In this document: positions 43,675 to 53,157 of the stretch, piece after piece | Position numbering within the stretch: position 1 is the stretch's first letter | How the letters are laid out: every line of letters starts with the position of its first letter | NCBI GenBank assembly: GCA_964579945.1 | Contig: CAZOIC010000001.1 | Coordinates: 9,630-73,629 of the forward strand | Reading direction: 5' to 3' | Origin: an uncultured Syntrophomonas sp. | Lineage (GTDB): Bacteria; Bacillota; Syntrophomonadia; Syntrophomonadales; Syntrophomonadaceae | DNA: 64,000 nucleotides | The notes under the pieces: model-generated | What the model was told of the DNA's origin: nothing | Databases searched by the model: none | Seen by the model: the letters and a program-made list of their open reading frames with translations, nothing else | Program-made: the position numbers and the translations under genes

Positions 43675-43700
43675 TCCCGCCGCAGGGCGGGATTTTTTTT
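43675..43700 (+). terminator. Rho-independent terminator
   Basis: TCCCGCC-GCAG-GGCGGGA stem followed by T8. Confidence 0.85.
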
Positions 43701-43851
43701 GCCAATAAATAACTGGGGCAGGAATAACGGATTGTACGGGGAATTATAAGGAAATAGGTGCTGTTAGCAGAAGGAAGAGGCATTGCAATTAGCAGCGGTA
43801 ATCCATAGTAGCGTGGTTAATTAAGAATACAGGAGGATTATACCTTCCAAT

Positions 43852-44604
43852 ATGATAATTAAAGATATAGCAACTGCTAATGTTTTAGGGTGCAAAGTAC
43901 ACCTGCTTAATATGGCTGAGGCAGTGCAAATAATTGAGCAGTTGGTTGAGGACAGGACCAAGTGCAGTCAGGTCGTAACCCTGAATGCAGAAATTATATA
44001 TCAGACCAAAAAAGAAGAAGAACTACAAAGCATAATTAACCAGGCCAACCTGGTAACGGCAGATGGTATAGGCACGGTTTGGGGGGCTCGGACTCTAGGT
44101 TATCCCCAGAAGGAAAGAGTAAGTGGTATCGACCTATTGTATGAACTCTGTACCACGGGGGCAACCCGGGGGTGGAAGATATACTTACTGGGGGCTGCTC
44201 CTGGGGTGGCGGAAAAGGCAGGACAGAAGCTGGAACAGAACTATCCCGGATTAAAAGTATGTGGCAACTGGCATGGATATTTTTCCCTGGAAGATGAAAA
44301 TGAAATTATTGCAGATATTAATTCTAAATCTCCAGATATATTATTTGTAGCTCTGGGGGCACCTAAACAGGAATACTGGATAGATCAGAAACGTGATACC
44401 CTCAAGGTACCGGTATGTGTGGGTGTAGGCGGAAGCTTTGATGTTATCGCCGGAGTCAAGAAAAGGGCGCCCAGGATTTTTATAGCCCTTAACCTGGAAT
44501 GGCTTTACCGCCTGCTTATAGAACCGTCACGTTGGAAAAGGCAACTGGCGCTGCCCGCCTTTGTTCTGGCCGTCTTAAAACAAAAATATGGTCGATACAA
44601 GTAG
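43852..44604 (+). CDS. tagA: WecB/TagA/CpsF-family glycosyltransferase
   Basis: VVTLNAEI, ADGIG, SGIDL and GAPKQE motifs. Confidence 0.85.
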   Translation: MIIKDIATANVLGCKVHLLNMAEAVQIIEQLVEDRTKCSQVVTLNAEIIYQTKKEEELQSIINQANLVTADGIGTVWGARTLGYPQKERVSGIDLLYELCTTGATRGWKIYLLGAAPGVAEKAGQKLEQNYPGLKVCGNWHGYFSLEDENEIIADINSKSPDILFVALGAPKQEYWIDQKRDTLKVPVCVGVGGSFDVIAGVKKRAPRIFIALNLEWLYRLLIEPSRWKRQLALPAFVLAVLKQKYGRYK

Positions 44605-44769
44605 TAGTTACATACAAGCACACGCAACCACTGACGAAAATAGAGATTGGGTTGATAGATTTTGATTTCCCCTTCGGGGACACGGATGTACCTATCGGTA
44701 CAATTTAGGTAGCAATGTATTCAGTGTCTATTTTCTAATTGAGTCGATTATTTAGAGGAGGATTGAAGG

Positions 44770-46899
44770 GTGGACAAGACAAGGGTTTTTGCTCTGGATA
44801 TCGGAACCCGAAAGATTGTGGGTTTATTGCTGGAGAATAATGAAAATGGTTACAGGGTTATTGATGAAGAAATTCTGGAGCATACTACCCGGGCTATGAT
44901 GGATGGACAGATACATGATGTGGAAGCTGTGGCGGCAACTATACTCAAAATAAAAAACGCACTGGAGGAACGCCAGGGAATAATTCTGGATTCAGTGGCG
45001 GTAGCAGCAGCAGGACGCGCCTTAAAAACCTCCCGGGGAAGTTGCCGCAAATCCCGGCAACAGCCAAATGAATTGAGTACGGACGAAGTTAGAGCCCTGG
45101 AGATAGAGGCAGTACAGGAAGCCCAGTGTAAACTGGCCCAGGAAGAAAGGGACAATAAAGAGCACAGCAACTATTTTTGTGTAGGATATAGTGTAGTTGC
45201 TTACCTCCTGGAGGGCCAGGTAATAGGTAATCTGGTAGGTCAGGTAGGAAACGAGGTAGCCGTAGAGATTATTGCCACATTCCTACCACGGGTAGTTGTG
45301 GATAGTCTTTTTTCTGCGCTTAACCGGGCGGGCCTGGAGGTAAAAAGCCTGACCCTGGAACCGATTGCTGCTCTCTCGGTTGCTATACCACCAGGAATGA
45401 GACTATTGAATCTGGCTCTGGTAGACATCGGTGCTGGCACCTCCGATATTGCCCTGGTCAAGGATGGTAATGTGTTTGCCTATGCCATGGTACCGCAAGC
45501 GGGGGATGAATTAACCGAATACCTGGCTGCGCAATACCTTTTGGATTTTGATACGGCTGAAAAAACTAAGCGACTTATATTGAAACAGAATCAAATCGAG
45601 ACATCTGATATACTAGGAAACCTCCTGCACTTATCCAGTCAAGAGCTACACCAGGAATTACAACCCCTGATAGACGAAATGACTGCTGAAATAGCCCGCC
45701 ATATAATTGCCCTTAACCAAAAAGTTACTGATGCGGTAGTCTGTGTTGGAGGAGGAAGCCTCACCCCCTCCCTGACGACCAGTCTGGCTGCAAATCTAGG
45801 TATCCCTGCTAACCGGGTAGGTATCAGAACAGTCCAAAACATTGACTTTATTACTACCGATTCCAGTTTTCTTAACAGTCCTCAGGGTATTACCCCACTG
45901 GGTATTGCCTATAACTACTTTACTACTCCACCGGTACCTTTTATTAAGGTGTCAGTAAACGGAAGGGAAACTGCTCTCTGGAACCTGGGCGAAATTACTG
46001 TGGCTAGCGCCCTGTTAAGTTCGGGCATATCACTTAGCAATATTTATGGTAAACCTGGTATGGGTAAGACTATCGAAGTAAACGGCTATGTCAAAGTAAT
46101 CAAAGGTAGTATGGGGACAGCTCCGCTAATAAAGGTAAATAACCAGTCAGCATCATTAGAGGCCAGCCTACAAAATGGGAATAGGGTGGAATTTGTGCCT
46201 GGAGAGGATGGAGAAGAGGCTGTTATAACCGGCAGGGACCTGGTACCGGCCATAAAGGGTCAGGTAACTGTCAATGGTGAAGAATTTGATTTGGAGCCGG
46301 TAATAACCGTTAATGGCGAGCCCTTTGATCCTGATTCTGAAATACCGGATCGTGCCCGGATTGAATTTAAAAACGTAAACAGCGTTTTTAATGTCTTGCG
46401 TTTGAGTGGAGTAGACGAATATTGGCTAGAGGAAAAAATGTATAAATATTATCTAGGCGATCAAGAGATAAATGATTTCTGGTTACCTCTGGATGTATAC
46501 GTGAACGGGGTTAAAGCGCAAGTAGATCAATTGGTTGAACCCGGCGCCGACTTGAGCTATCTCCGAAAACCACTAAGGCCTTGTATCAATGACCTTTTGA
46601 GTGAACATGATTTTCTAGCTATTAATGTTAAAGTAAATGGCGAAGAAGTACGTCTCTCGGGAAAGGGAGCAGGTATTGAGATTGATGGGCAGCCAGCCAG
46701 TATTTATGATGAAATTCGTGATGGAGTCCGGATTACCCTGAACCTGGAGGAGGGCGGAGCCATTTTAAGTGATATATTTAAGGTGGTTAATGTCAAACCA
46801 GCTTTAAATGCTAAACTGCTTATGAAGGTTGATGGAGAGCCGGCTGGTTTTACTACTCCAATAAGAGAAGGTAGTCAAATTGATTTAAGTTGGGAATAA
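44770..46899 (+). CDS. FtsA/PilM-like actin-fold ATPase fused to a C-terminal repeat region of about 310 aa (VNG-type, beta-grasp-like)
   Basis: ALDIGTRKIVGLL (phosphate 1), LVDIGAGTSDIALV (phosphate 2) and VCVGGGSLTP (adenosine). From about aa 400 there are five or more repeats of the form [IV]xVNGxxx...[DN]G[DN]R[IV]EF. Confidence 0.7.
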   Translation: MDKTRVFALDIGTRKIVGLLLENNENGYRVIDEEILEHTTRAMMDGQIHDVEAVAATILKIKNALEERQGIILDSVAVAAAGRALKTSRGSCRKSRQQPNELSTDEVRALEIEAVQEAQCKLAQEERDNKEHSNYFCVGYSVVAYLLEGQVIGNLVGQVGNEVAVEIIATFLPRVVVDSLFSALNRAGLEVKSLTLEPIAALSVAIPPGMRLLNLALVDIGAGTSDIALVKDGNVFAYAMVPQAGDELTEYLAAQYLLDFDTAEKTKRLILKQNQIETSDILGNLLHLSSQELHQELQPLIDEMTAEIARHIIALNQKVTDAVVCVGGGSLTPSLTTSLAANLGIPANRVGIRTVQNIDFITTDSSFLNSPQGITPLGIAYNYFTTPPVPFIKVSVNGRETALWNLGEITVASALLSSGISLSNIYGKPGMGKTIEVNGYVKVIKGSMGTAPLIKVNNQSASLEASLQNGNRVEFVPGEDGEEAVITGRDLVPAIKGQVTVNGEEFDLEPVITVNGEPFDPDSEIPDRARIEFKNVNSVFNVLRLSGVDEYWLEEKMYKYYLGDQEINDFWLPLDVYVNGVKAQVDQLVEPGADLSYLRKPLRPCINDLLSEHDFLAINVKVNGEEVRLSGKGAGIEIDGQPASIYDEIRDGVRITLNLEEGGAILSDIFKVVNVKPALNAKLLMKVDGEPAGFTTPIREGSQIDLSWE

Positions 46900-46908
46900 G
46901 ATGAAAGC

Positions 46909-46960
46909 GGACAGACCCCAGGTAAAAAAAGAATTTTTAGGTGGGGTCTGTTCTTTATTT
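46909..46960 (+). terminator. Rho-independent terminator
   Basis: GACAGACCCCA...TGGGGTCTGT stem followed by a T-rich tract. Confidence 0.7.
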
Positions 46961-47074
46961 CATAGAAACAGATATTGCTGGCTAAAATACAAATATTAGT
47001 AAGTTAAACTTAGTCAAAAAACATTAAATCAGGCCTGTTTACTTTTTGTTTTTTGTAGTACAATAAAAACAGAT

Positions 47075-47091
47075 AGTCAATAAAAGTCAAA
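47075..47091 (+). promoter_or_regulatory. CtsR operator (tandem heptad AGTCAAT-AAA-AGTCAAA)
   Basis: It matches the CtsR box consensus (A/G)GTCAAA-NAN-(A/G)GTCAAA in 16 of 17 positions and lies 14 nt upstream of the ctsR start. Confidence 0.8.
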
Positions 47092-47104
47092 GAGGGGAAG
47101 AGGA

Positions 47105-47548
47105 ATGAAACGAAGCCTTGCTGATAGAATCGAACAATATCTTAAAGTATTGATAGAGCGTAGTGAAGATAAACAGATAGAAATTCAGCGATCGGAATTA
47201 GCCGAAACTTTTGACTGTGTACCTTCTCAAGTAACTTATGTTATCAGTACCAGATTTACTGAAACGGAAGGCTACTTTACGGAAAGCCGTCGGGGAGGTA
47301 AAGGCTATGTCCGTATTTGCAGGTACCATTTGGAGAATGGTAATAGTGCTGTTGGCAAAGAATTAGTAGCATTTATCGATGAGCTTTTGCAGAAGGATGC
47401 GCTTACTAATGGTCAGAGCGACCTCTTAAAGCATCTTATCAGCTATGATTTTATAGATATGCCGCCCGAGTATAGAGCACGTCTGTTTAAACAGCTTAGA
47501 AAAGTTTTAGTTGATTATGTGAATATGGATTTAGATAAGGGGGAATAG
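47105..47548 (+). CDS. ctsR: Class III stress gene repressor CtsR
   Basis: SLADRIEQYLKVLI..., QVTYVISTRFT and ESRRGGKGY(V)RI. Confidence 0.95.
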   Translation: MKRSLADRIEQYLKVLIERSEDKQIEIQRSELAETFDCVPSQVTYVISTRFTETEGYFTESRRGGKGYVRICRYHLENGNSAVGKELVAFIDELLQKDALTNGQSDLLKHLISYDFIDMPPEYRARLFKQLRKVLVDYVNMDLDKGE

Positions 47549-47550
47549 AT

Positions 47551-48060
47551 TTGTACTGTGAAGAGTGCAAACAAAGACCGGCAACGGTTCATTTTACCCA
47601 GGTCTATAACGGTAAAACAGTTGAAACTCATTTATGTCAGCAGTGTTATGCGCAAAAAGGAGGCATTATATTTGATGTCGCCAAAAAGTTGTCTTTGCCC
47701 AATTTGCTTGGCAGTTTTTTTGTCAGTAACTACAATCTTGAAGATATGAAATCATTTTCTAAGAATGCTAGTTGTCCTAACTGCGGGACAACACTAAGTG
47801 ATATAAGTAATACTGGTCGCTTAGGTTGCTCCCAATGTTATACCGCCTTTGAAAGAGAACTGGAACCTACCTTGCGCAGGGTACATGGTGATAGCCGTCA
47901 CGTTGGTAAAATACCGGCCCGGGGTGGTGAAAAAGTTATGATTAAGAAGAAAATTGAGGGACTAAAATATCAATTACAGAAGGCTATAGGAGCCGAGGAA
48001 TATGAAAAGGCGGCGGAAATCAGAGACCAAATTAAAGGCGCCGAAAAACAATTGGATTGA
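47551..48060 (+). CDS. mcsA: McsA (zinc-finger / UVR-domain activator of McsB)
   Basis: CEECKQRPA...CQQC and CPNCG...CSQC zinc fingers, plus a C-terminal UVR motif (EEYEKAAEIRDQIK). Confidence 0.9.
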   Translation: MYCEECKQRPATVHFTQVYNGKTVETHLCQQCYAQKGGIIFDVAKKLSLPNLLGSFFVSNYNLEDMKSFSKNASCPNCGTTLSDISNTGRLGCSQCYTAFERELEPTLRRVHGDSRHVGKIPARGGEKVMIKKKIEGLKYQLQKAIGAEEYEKAAEIRDQIKGAEKQLD

Positions 48061-48072
48061 GGGGGAAGGGTA

Positions 48073-49149
48073 ATGAAAGCTGACAATTTATTAAACAGTA
48101 ATTTTGTCCGCTGGATGGCTGTTGATGAAGGGCCTGAATCCGATATAGTAGTCAGCAGTCGTATTCGTTTGGCCAGAAACCTGGATTTAATACCTTTTTC
48201 TCATCTGCTGGATCGGGAAGATGGGGAGAAGTGTCTTAGAGAGATAGAACAGGCCTGGAAGAAAAGTGATAATAAAGACCTGTTAAAAATGGAGCGGCTA
48301 ACCTTTAACCAGCTAACTGCTCTGGAGCGACAAATGCTGGTGGAGAAACATCTGATTAGCCCTAATCATGCAGAATCTGACGATAGTTTTCGTGGTGTTT
48401 TGGCTAATTCGGATGGTTCCCTGGTAATAATGATAAATGAAGAAGATCATTTGCGTATTCAGTGTTTTTTACCCGGTTTGCAGCTGGAAGAATGTTACCG
48501 TCAGGCTCAGAAGATAGATGATGACCTGGAGAAAAACTTGAACTTTGCTTTTGACGATACCAGAGGATACCTAACTTCCTGTCCTACCAATGTCGGCACC
48601 GGGATGCGAGCTTCAGTAATGTTGCACCTCCCCGCTATAGTATTTAGCGGACAGACAAACCATATTTTTCACAATATAGCTCAGCTGGGTATGACCGTTC
48701 GGGGTATATATGGTGAAGGTACTGAAGTAGTGGGGAACTTCTTTCAGTTATCCAATCAGATAACTATGGGTCAGAGTGAAGAGGATATTATAAATAACCT
48801 GAATAGTATAACTCTCCGGGTAGTGGAGCAGGAGCGATTAATAAGAAAAAAATTGGCGGAAGAGATGAAATACCAGCTGGAGGATCGAGTAGGCCGGGCT
48901 TTTGGGATTCTAAGCAGTGCCCGGGTACTTAATTCCAATGAGTCCATGGCGCTCCTATCTGATGTTCGCCTGGGAGTAGATATGGGTCTACTGGCAAAAA
49001 TAAAGCCATATGCCCTTAATGAATTGGTAGTAGCTATCAGGCCTGCCCATTTACAGAAAAAGGCCGGTAAAGAAATGGACGCTTTTCATCGTGATGTCAA
49101 GCGAGCCGAAGTTATTCAGGAAAGATTAGCTGAAACCAAAGCACAATAA
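48073..49149 (+). CDS. mcsB: Protein arginine kinase McsB
   Basis: Guanidino-kinase fold with SSRIRLARN and CPTNVGTGMRASVM. Confidence 0.95.
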   Translation: MKADNLLNSNFVRWMAVDEGPESDIVVSSRIRLARNLDLIPFSHLLDREDGEKCLREIEQAWKKSDNKDLLKMERLTFNQLTALERQMLVEKHLISPNHAESDDSFRGVLANSDGSLVIMINEEDHLRIQCFLPGLQLEECYRQAQKIDDDLEKNLNFAFDDTRGYLTSCPTNVGTGMRASVMLHLPAIVFSGQTNHIFHNIAQLGMTVRGIYGEGTEVVGNFFQLSNQITMGQSEEDIINNLNSITLRVVEQERLIRKKLAEEMKYQLEDRVGRAFGILSSARVLNSNESMALLSDVRLGVDMGLLAKIKPYALNELVVAIRPAHLQKKAGKEMDAFHRDVKRAEVIQERLAETKAQ

Positions 49150-49169
49150 AGCATAGGAGGAGATAGGGT

Positions 49170-51647
49170 ATGTTTAGAAGATTTACTCAAAGGGCCAGAA
49201 ATGCCGTTATTCATGCCCAGGAAGAAGCCAGGCAGCTAAATCATCCGGCTATTGGCACTGAACATATATTACTGGGTTTAATTAAGGAAGGTGAGGGAGT
49301 AGGAGCTCGTGCCCTGTTAAACATGGGTGTAGATTTGGAAAAAGTGCGGGAAGAAATTACTCGCTTGATAGGGACAGACGGAATTAATGCTGAAAGGGCT
49401 GCCGGTGATTTGCCTATTACTCCCAGAGCTAAGAAAGTGTTTAACCTTGCTTTTGACGAAGCCCGTTTGCAAGGAGTTAATTATGTAGGTACCGAACACT
49501 TGCTTTTGGCCTTAATCAGGGAGGAAGAAGGGGTTGCTGGTCAGGTCTTAATATCTATGGGAGTTAGACTGGATCAGGTACGGGAGCAGGTTATACTTTT
49601 GTTAGGTGGGGAAGCCTCTGCCAATTTTAATGTTAATCCGCACCAGGAACCAGCAGGTCCCATGGGGGTAACTCAGATTAAAAAGAAAACCCGCAGTAAG
49701 ACTCCGACCCTGGATGCTTTTAGTCGGGATTTAACCCAGGATGCAGCTGAGGAAAGGCTAGATCCGGTGATTGGCCGGGAAAAAGAAATAGAGCGGGTGG
49801 TACAAATTTTATCCCGCCGAACTAAAAACAACCCGGTTTTGATCGGTGATCCAGGTGTTGGAAAAACTGCTATTGTAGAAGGATTGGCTCAAAGGATAAA
49901 TGATAACCAGGTACCGGAAATATTAAACAACAAACGCGTAGTAACTTTGGATTTATCAACTATGGTGGCTGGAACCAAATACCGGGGCGAATTTGAGGAT
50001 CGTTTGACCAAGATAGTAAATGAGATTAAATCGGCTGGTGATGTGATTGTTTTCATCGATGAGCTGCATACCATAGTGGGAGCAGGGGCAGCCGAAGGGG
50101 CTATCGATGCTGCCAATATTCTTAAACCTTCTCTGGCCCGGGGTGAGTTCCAGTGTGTAGGAGCTACTACTCTAAATGAATACCGCAAGCATATTGAAAA
50201 AGATGCCGCGCTGGAAAGGCGTTTTCAGCCCATAGTGGTAGATGAACCTGGTGAGGAAGAAAGTATAGAAATACTCAAAGGGCTACGCGATCGGTACGAA
50301 GCCCATCATGGAGTAAAAATTAAGGATGAAGCTATAATAGCTGCAGTAAAGCTTTCAGTTCGCTATATAAGTGACCGCTTCCTGCCGGATAAAGCTATTG
50401 ATTTAATTGATGAAGCTTCCTCCCGGGTGCGATTGGCTAATTACGTTTTACCCGAAGAACTAAAACAAAAACAAAGCCATATGGAGGAGCTAATCAAAGA
50501 AAAGGAAGAAGCTATAAATGCTCAGGAATACGAAAAGGCTGCTCGTTTACGGGATCAGGAGCAAAAACTACGTGATGAAATAGAAAATGAGCGTAAGGAA
50601 TGGACCAGCAAGCGTACCTTGCAAGGAGGCGCGGTAGGTGAAGAAGAAATAGCTGAAATAGTATCCAGTTGGACCGGGATACCAGTAACTAAACTGGCTA
50701 CCGAGGAAAGCGAACGATTGATACACCTGGAAGAAATTTTGCACCAGAGGGTAGTTGGTCAGGAAGAAGCCGTAGAGGCAGTATCCCGGGCGGTAAGGCG
50801 GGCTCGCGCCGGACTCAAAAACCCGCAAAGACCTATAGGTTCCTTTGTATTCCTTGGTCCTACAGGAGTAGGCAAAACTGAACTGGCCCGGGCTTTGGCG
50901 GAAGCCATGTTTGGTAGTGAGGATGCCGTTATCCGTTTAGATATGTCTGAGTACATGGAGAAACATGCGGTATCCCGTATGATAGGGTCTCCACCCGGTT
51001 ATGTAGGTTATGATGAGGGAGGACAGCTAACCGAAAAGATCAGGAGAAAACCTTATTCCGTAATTCTTCTGGATGAGATAGAAAAAGCTCATCCGGATGT
51101 ATTTAATATTCTGCTGCAGATATTAGAAGACGGTCGTTTAACTGATGGGCAGGGACGTACGGTAGATTTTCGTAATAGCATTATAATCATGACCTCTAAT
51201 GTCGGGGCCCAGGACCTGAATGCTACTAAAAAGGTTGGTTTTACCAGTGCTGTAGATGAAGCGGAAAACTATAGTCGCATGAAAGAACGGGTTATGGAAC
51301 AACTTAAGCATACCTTCCGGCCCGAATTAATGAACCGTATTGATGAGATTATTGTATTTTCCAAACTTAGTGAAGAAGAATTGAAACAGATAATTGAAAT
51401 ACTGTTACGGGACTTGACCAAAAGGATTGAGGAGAACGGCTATACTATGGAAATAAATACTGCTGCTCGGGAAGTTATCATGAAAGAAGGATACGAACCG
51501 GCATATGGTGCCAGGCCATTTAGGCGGGCTATACAGAAGTTAGTTGAAGATCAGGTATCCGAAGAGATACTAAAAAAGACAGTTGAACCTGGTGATAAAA
51601 TTCTTATTGACGCTATAGATGGTAAAATTGTAGTAAGAAAAGCGTAA
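49170..51647 (+). CDS. clpC: ATP-dependent Clp protease ATP-binging subunit ClpC
   Basis: Clp repeat N-domain, two Walker A motifs ([16 protein letters not shown]) and a UVR linker motif ([13 protein letters not shown]). Confidence 0.97.
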   Translation: MFRRFTQRARNAVIHAQEEARQLNHPAIGTEHILLGLIKEGEGVGARALLNMGVDLEKVREEITRLIGTDGINAERAAGDLPITPRAKKVFNLAFDEARLQGVNYVGTEHLLLALIREEEGVAGQVLISMGVRLDQVREQVILLLGGEASANFNVNPHQEPAGPMGVTQIKKKTRSKTPTLDAFSRDLTQDAAEERLDPVIGREKEIERVVQILSRRTKNNPVLIGDPGVGKTAIVEGLAQRINDNQVPEILNNKRVVTLDLSTMVAGTKYRGEFEDRLTKIVNEIKSAGDVIVFIDELHTIVGAGAAEGAIDAANILKPSLARGEFQCVGATTLNEYRKHIEKDAALERRFQPIVVDEPGEEESIEILKGLRDRYEAHHGVKIKDEAIIAAVKLSVRYISDRFLPDKAIDLIDEASSRVRLANYVLPEELKQKQSHMEELIKEKEEAINAQEYEKAARLRDQEQKLRDEIENERKEWTSKRTLQGGAVGEEEIAEIVSSWTGIPVTKLATEESERLIHLEEILHQRVVGQEEAVEAVSRAVRRARAGLKNPQRPIGSFVFLGPTGVGKTELARALAEAMFGSEDAVIRLDMSEYMEKHAVSRMIGSPPGYVGYDEGGQLTEKIRRKPYSVILLDEIEKAHPDVFNILLQILEDGRLTDGQGRTVDFRNSIIIMTSNVGAQDLNATKKVGFTSAVDEAENYSRMKERVMEQLKHTFRPELMNRIDEIIVFSKLSEEELKQIIEILLRDLTKRIEENGYTMEINTAAREVIMKEGYEPAYGARPFRRAIQKLVEDQVSEEILKKTVEPGDKILIDAIDGKIVVRKA

Positions 51648-51656
51648 CTTATTAAA

Positions 51657-51723
51657 AGGTGACAGGGGACGGTTCCTCTGTCACCTAAAAATTAGGTGAC
51701 AGAGGAACCGTCCCCTGTCACCT
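51657..51723. repeat. Perfect 67-nt palindrome: two inverted copies of the hairpin unit AGGTGACAG-GGGACGGTTCCT-CTGTCACCT separated by AAAAATT
   Basis: Read directly. It starts 10 nt after the clpC stop and probably acts as the operon terminator. Confidence 0.85.
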
Positions 51724-51800
51724 CTATATTTAGGGAATAATTCTAATTTACTGGAAATTATAGCAAGTTTACACTTATAATATCTCTAAAGGAGAATTAT

Positions 51801-53153
51801 ATGGGGAAAAATATAAGCAGGTTTGTTTGTAGCTGCTGTGGCCAGGTGAGTAGTAAATGGCTGGGAAAATGTCCTGGTTGTTCGTCCTGGAATACCATGA
51901 TAGAAGAGTCTTATGAGAAAAAGGTAGTTTCTCGTATTCGCAAGATAGAAGCTATTCCCCTGACCAGTATTTCCGATCAGGATTTACTCAGGTTAAGCAC
52001 CGGTATTAGCGAGCTGGATCGGGTATTGGGTGGTGGCATAGTACCAGGCTCAGTAGTCCTGTTAGGGGGCGATCCGGGTATAGGAAAGTCCACCCTATTA
52101 CTACAGGTAGCTAATTTTGTTGCCATGGATGGAAAAACCGTAATTTACCTTTCCGGTGAAGAGTCTTTGAAACAGGTACGGCTACGTTCTCTGCGGCTTA
52201 ATATACATAATGATAATATTTATCTGCTTAATGAGCAGGATATAGATTTGTTGGATGGGTATATGAAGGAGATTAATCCTGAATTAGTTATAGTTGATTC
52301 TATTCAAACCGTTTATTCTCCCGAAATATCCTCTATTCCAGGTAGTGTTTCTCAGTTACGGGAGTGTACTGCCCGGATAACTAATATAGCTAAAAGTAAT
52401 GATAAAGCTTTTTTTCTGGTGGGTCATGTAACTAAAGATGGCGTTTTAGCAGGTCCTCGGGTACTGGAACATATGGTAGATGTGGTGGTCTACTTCGAGG
52501 GGGAGAAGAACTATTCCTTTCGTCTATTGCGCGGGGTGAAGAATCGTTTTGGTTCCACTGATGAAATAGGTCTGATGGAAATGAGTGGGCAGGGACTAAT
52601 CGAGGTATTAGACCCCTCCTATGTATTTCTCAGTTCATCGTTACCTGATAGTAATGGGATTGCTATCACCGCCAGTTTTGAAGGTAGCCGACCGCTTCTC
52701 ATTGAAGTGCAAGCTTTAGTTGCTATGTCTGGTCCGGGTTATCCCAGGCGTATGGCATCGGGAATTGACCAAAATCGTTTAGCCCTAATAATAGCTGTAT
52801 TGGAAAAAAAGACGGGCTTCAATCTTAGTGCCAGCGATGTTTATCTTAAGGTAACCGGAGGGGTATTTCTAAAAGATCCATCAGTAGATTTAGGTATTGC
52901 AGCAGCTATTATATCTAGTTACCGGGAAAAAACCATGCCTGTGGATATGGTTTTTATAGGGGAATTAAGTTTGACCGGGCAAATCCGATCAGTACCTTTT
53001 TTAGATTTAAGGCTTAAAGAAGTTGAAAAAATGGGTTATAAAAGTGTAGTAATACCGGGGAGTACCTACAGGAATCGGGCCTATAGCACTGGTTTGGACG
53101 TACTTGAGGTAAATACTATAGAAGAATTTATTGACTTAATTATGGAGGGATGA
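51801..53153 (+). CDS. radA: DNA repair protein RadA/Sms
   Basis: Zinc finger CSCCG...CPGCSSWNT, Walker A GDPGIGKST, KNRFG and a Lon-like C-terminal domain. Confidence 0.96.
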   Translation: MGKNISRFVCSCCGQVSSKWLGKCPGCSSWNTMIEESYEKKVVSRIRKIEAIPLTSISDQDLLRLSTGISELDRVLGGGIVPGSVVLLGGDPGIGKSTLLLQVANFVAMDGKTVIYLSGEESLKQVRLRSLRLNIHNDNIYLLNEQDIDLLDGYMKEINPELVIVDSIQTVYSPEISSIPGSVSQLRECTARITNIAKSNDKAFFLVGHVTKDGVLAGPRVLEHMVDVVVYFEGEKNYSFRLLRGVKNRFGSTDEIGLMEMSGQGLIEVLDPSYVFLSSSLPDSNGIAITASFEGSRPLLIEVQALVAMSGPGYPRRMASGIDQNRLALIIAVLEKKTGFNLSASDVYLKVTGGVFLKDPSVDLGIAAAIISSYREKTMPVDMVFIGELSLTGQIRSVPFLDLRLKEVEKMGYKSVVIPGSTYRNRAYSTGLDVLEVNTIEEFIDLIMEG

Positions 53154-53157
53154 GCAG

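Noticed and set aside
44668-44701. Two small hairpins (TCCCC-UUCG-GGGGA and GTACC-TATC-GGTAC) in the leader of the FtsA-like gene as a possible sRNA or riboswitch
   Set aside because: The stems are short (5 bp), there is no terminator, and I recognise no known motif. The evidence is insufficient.
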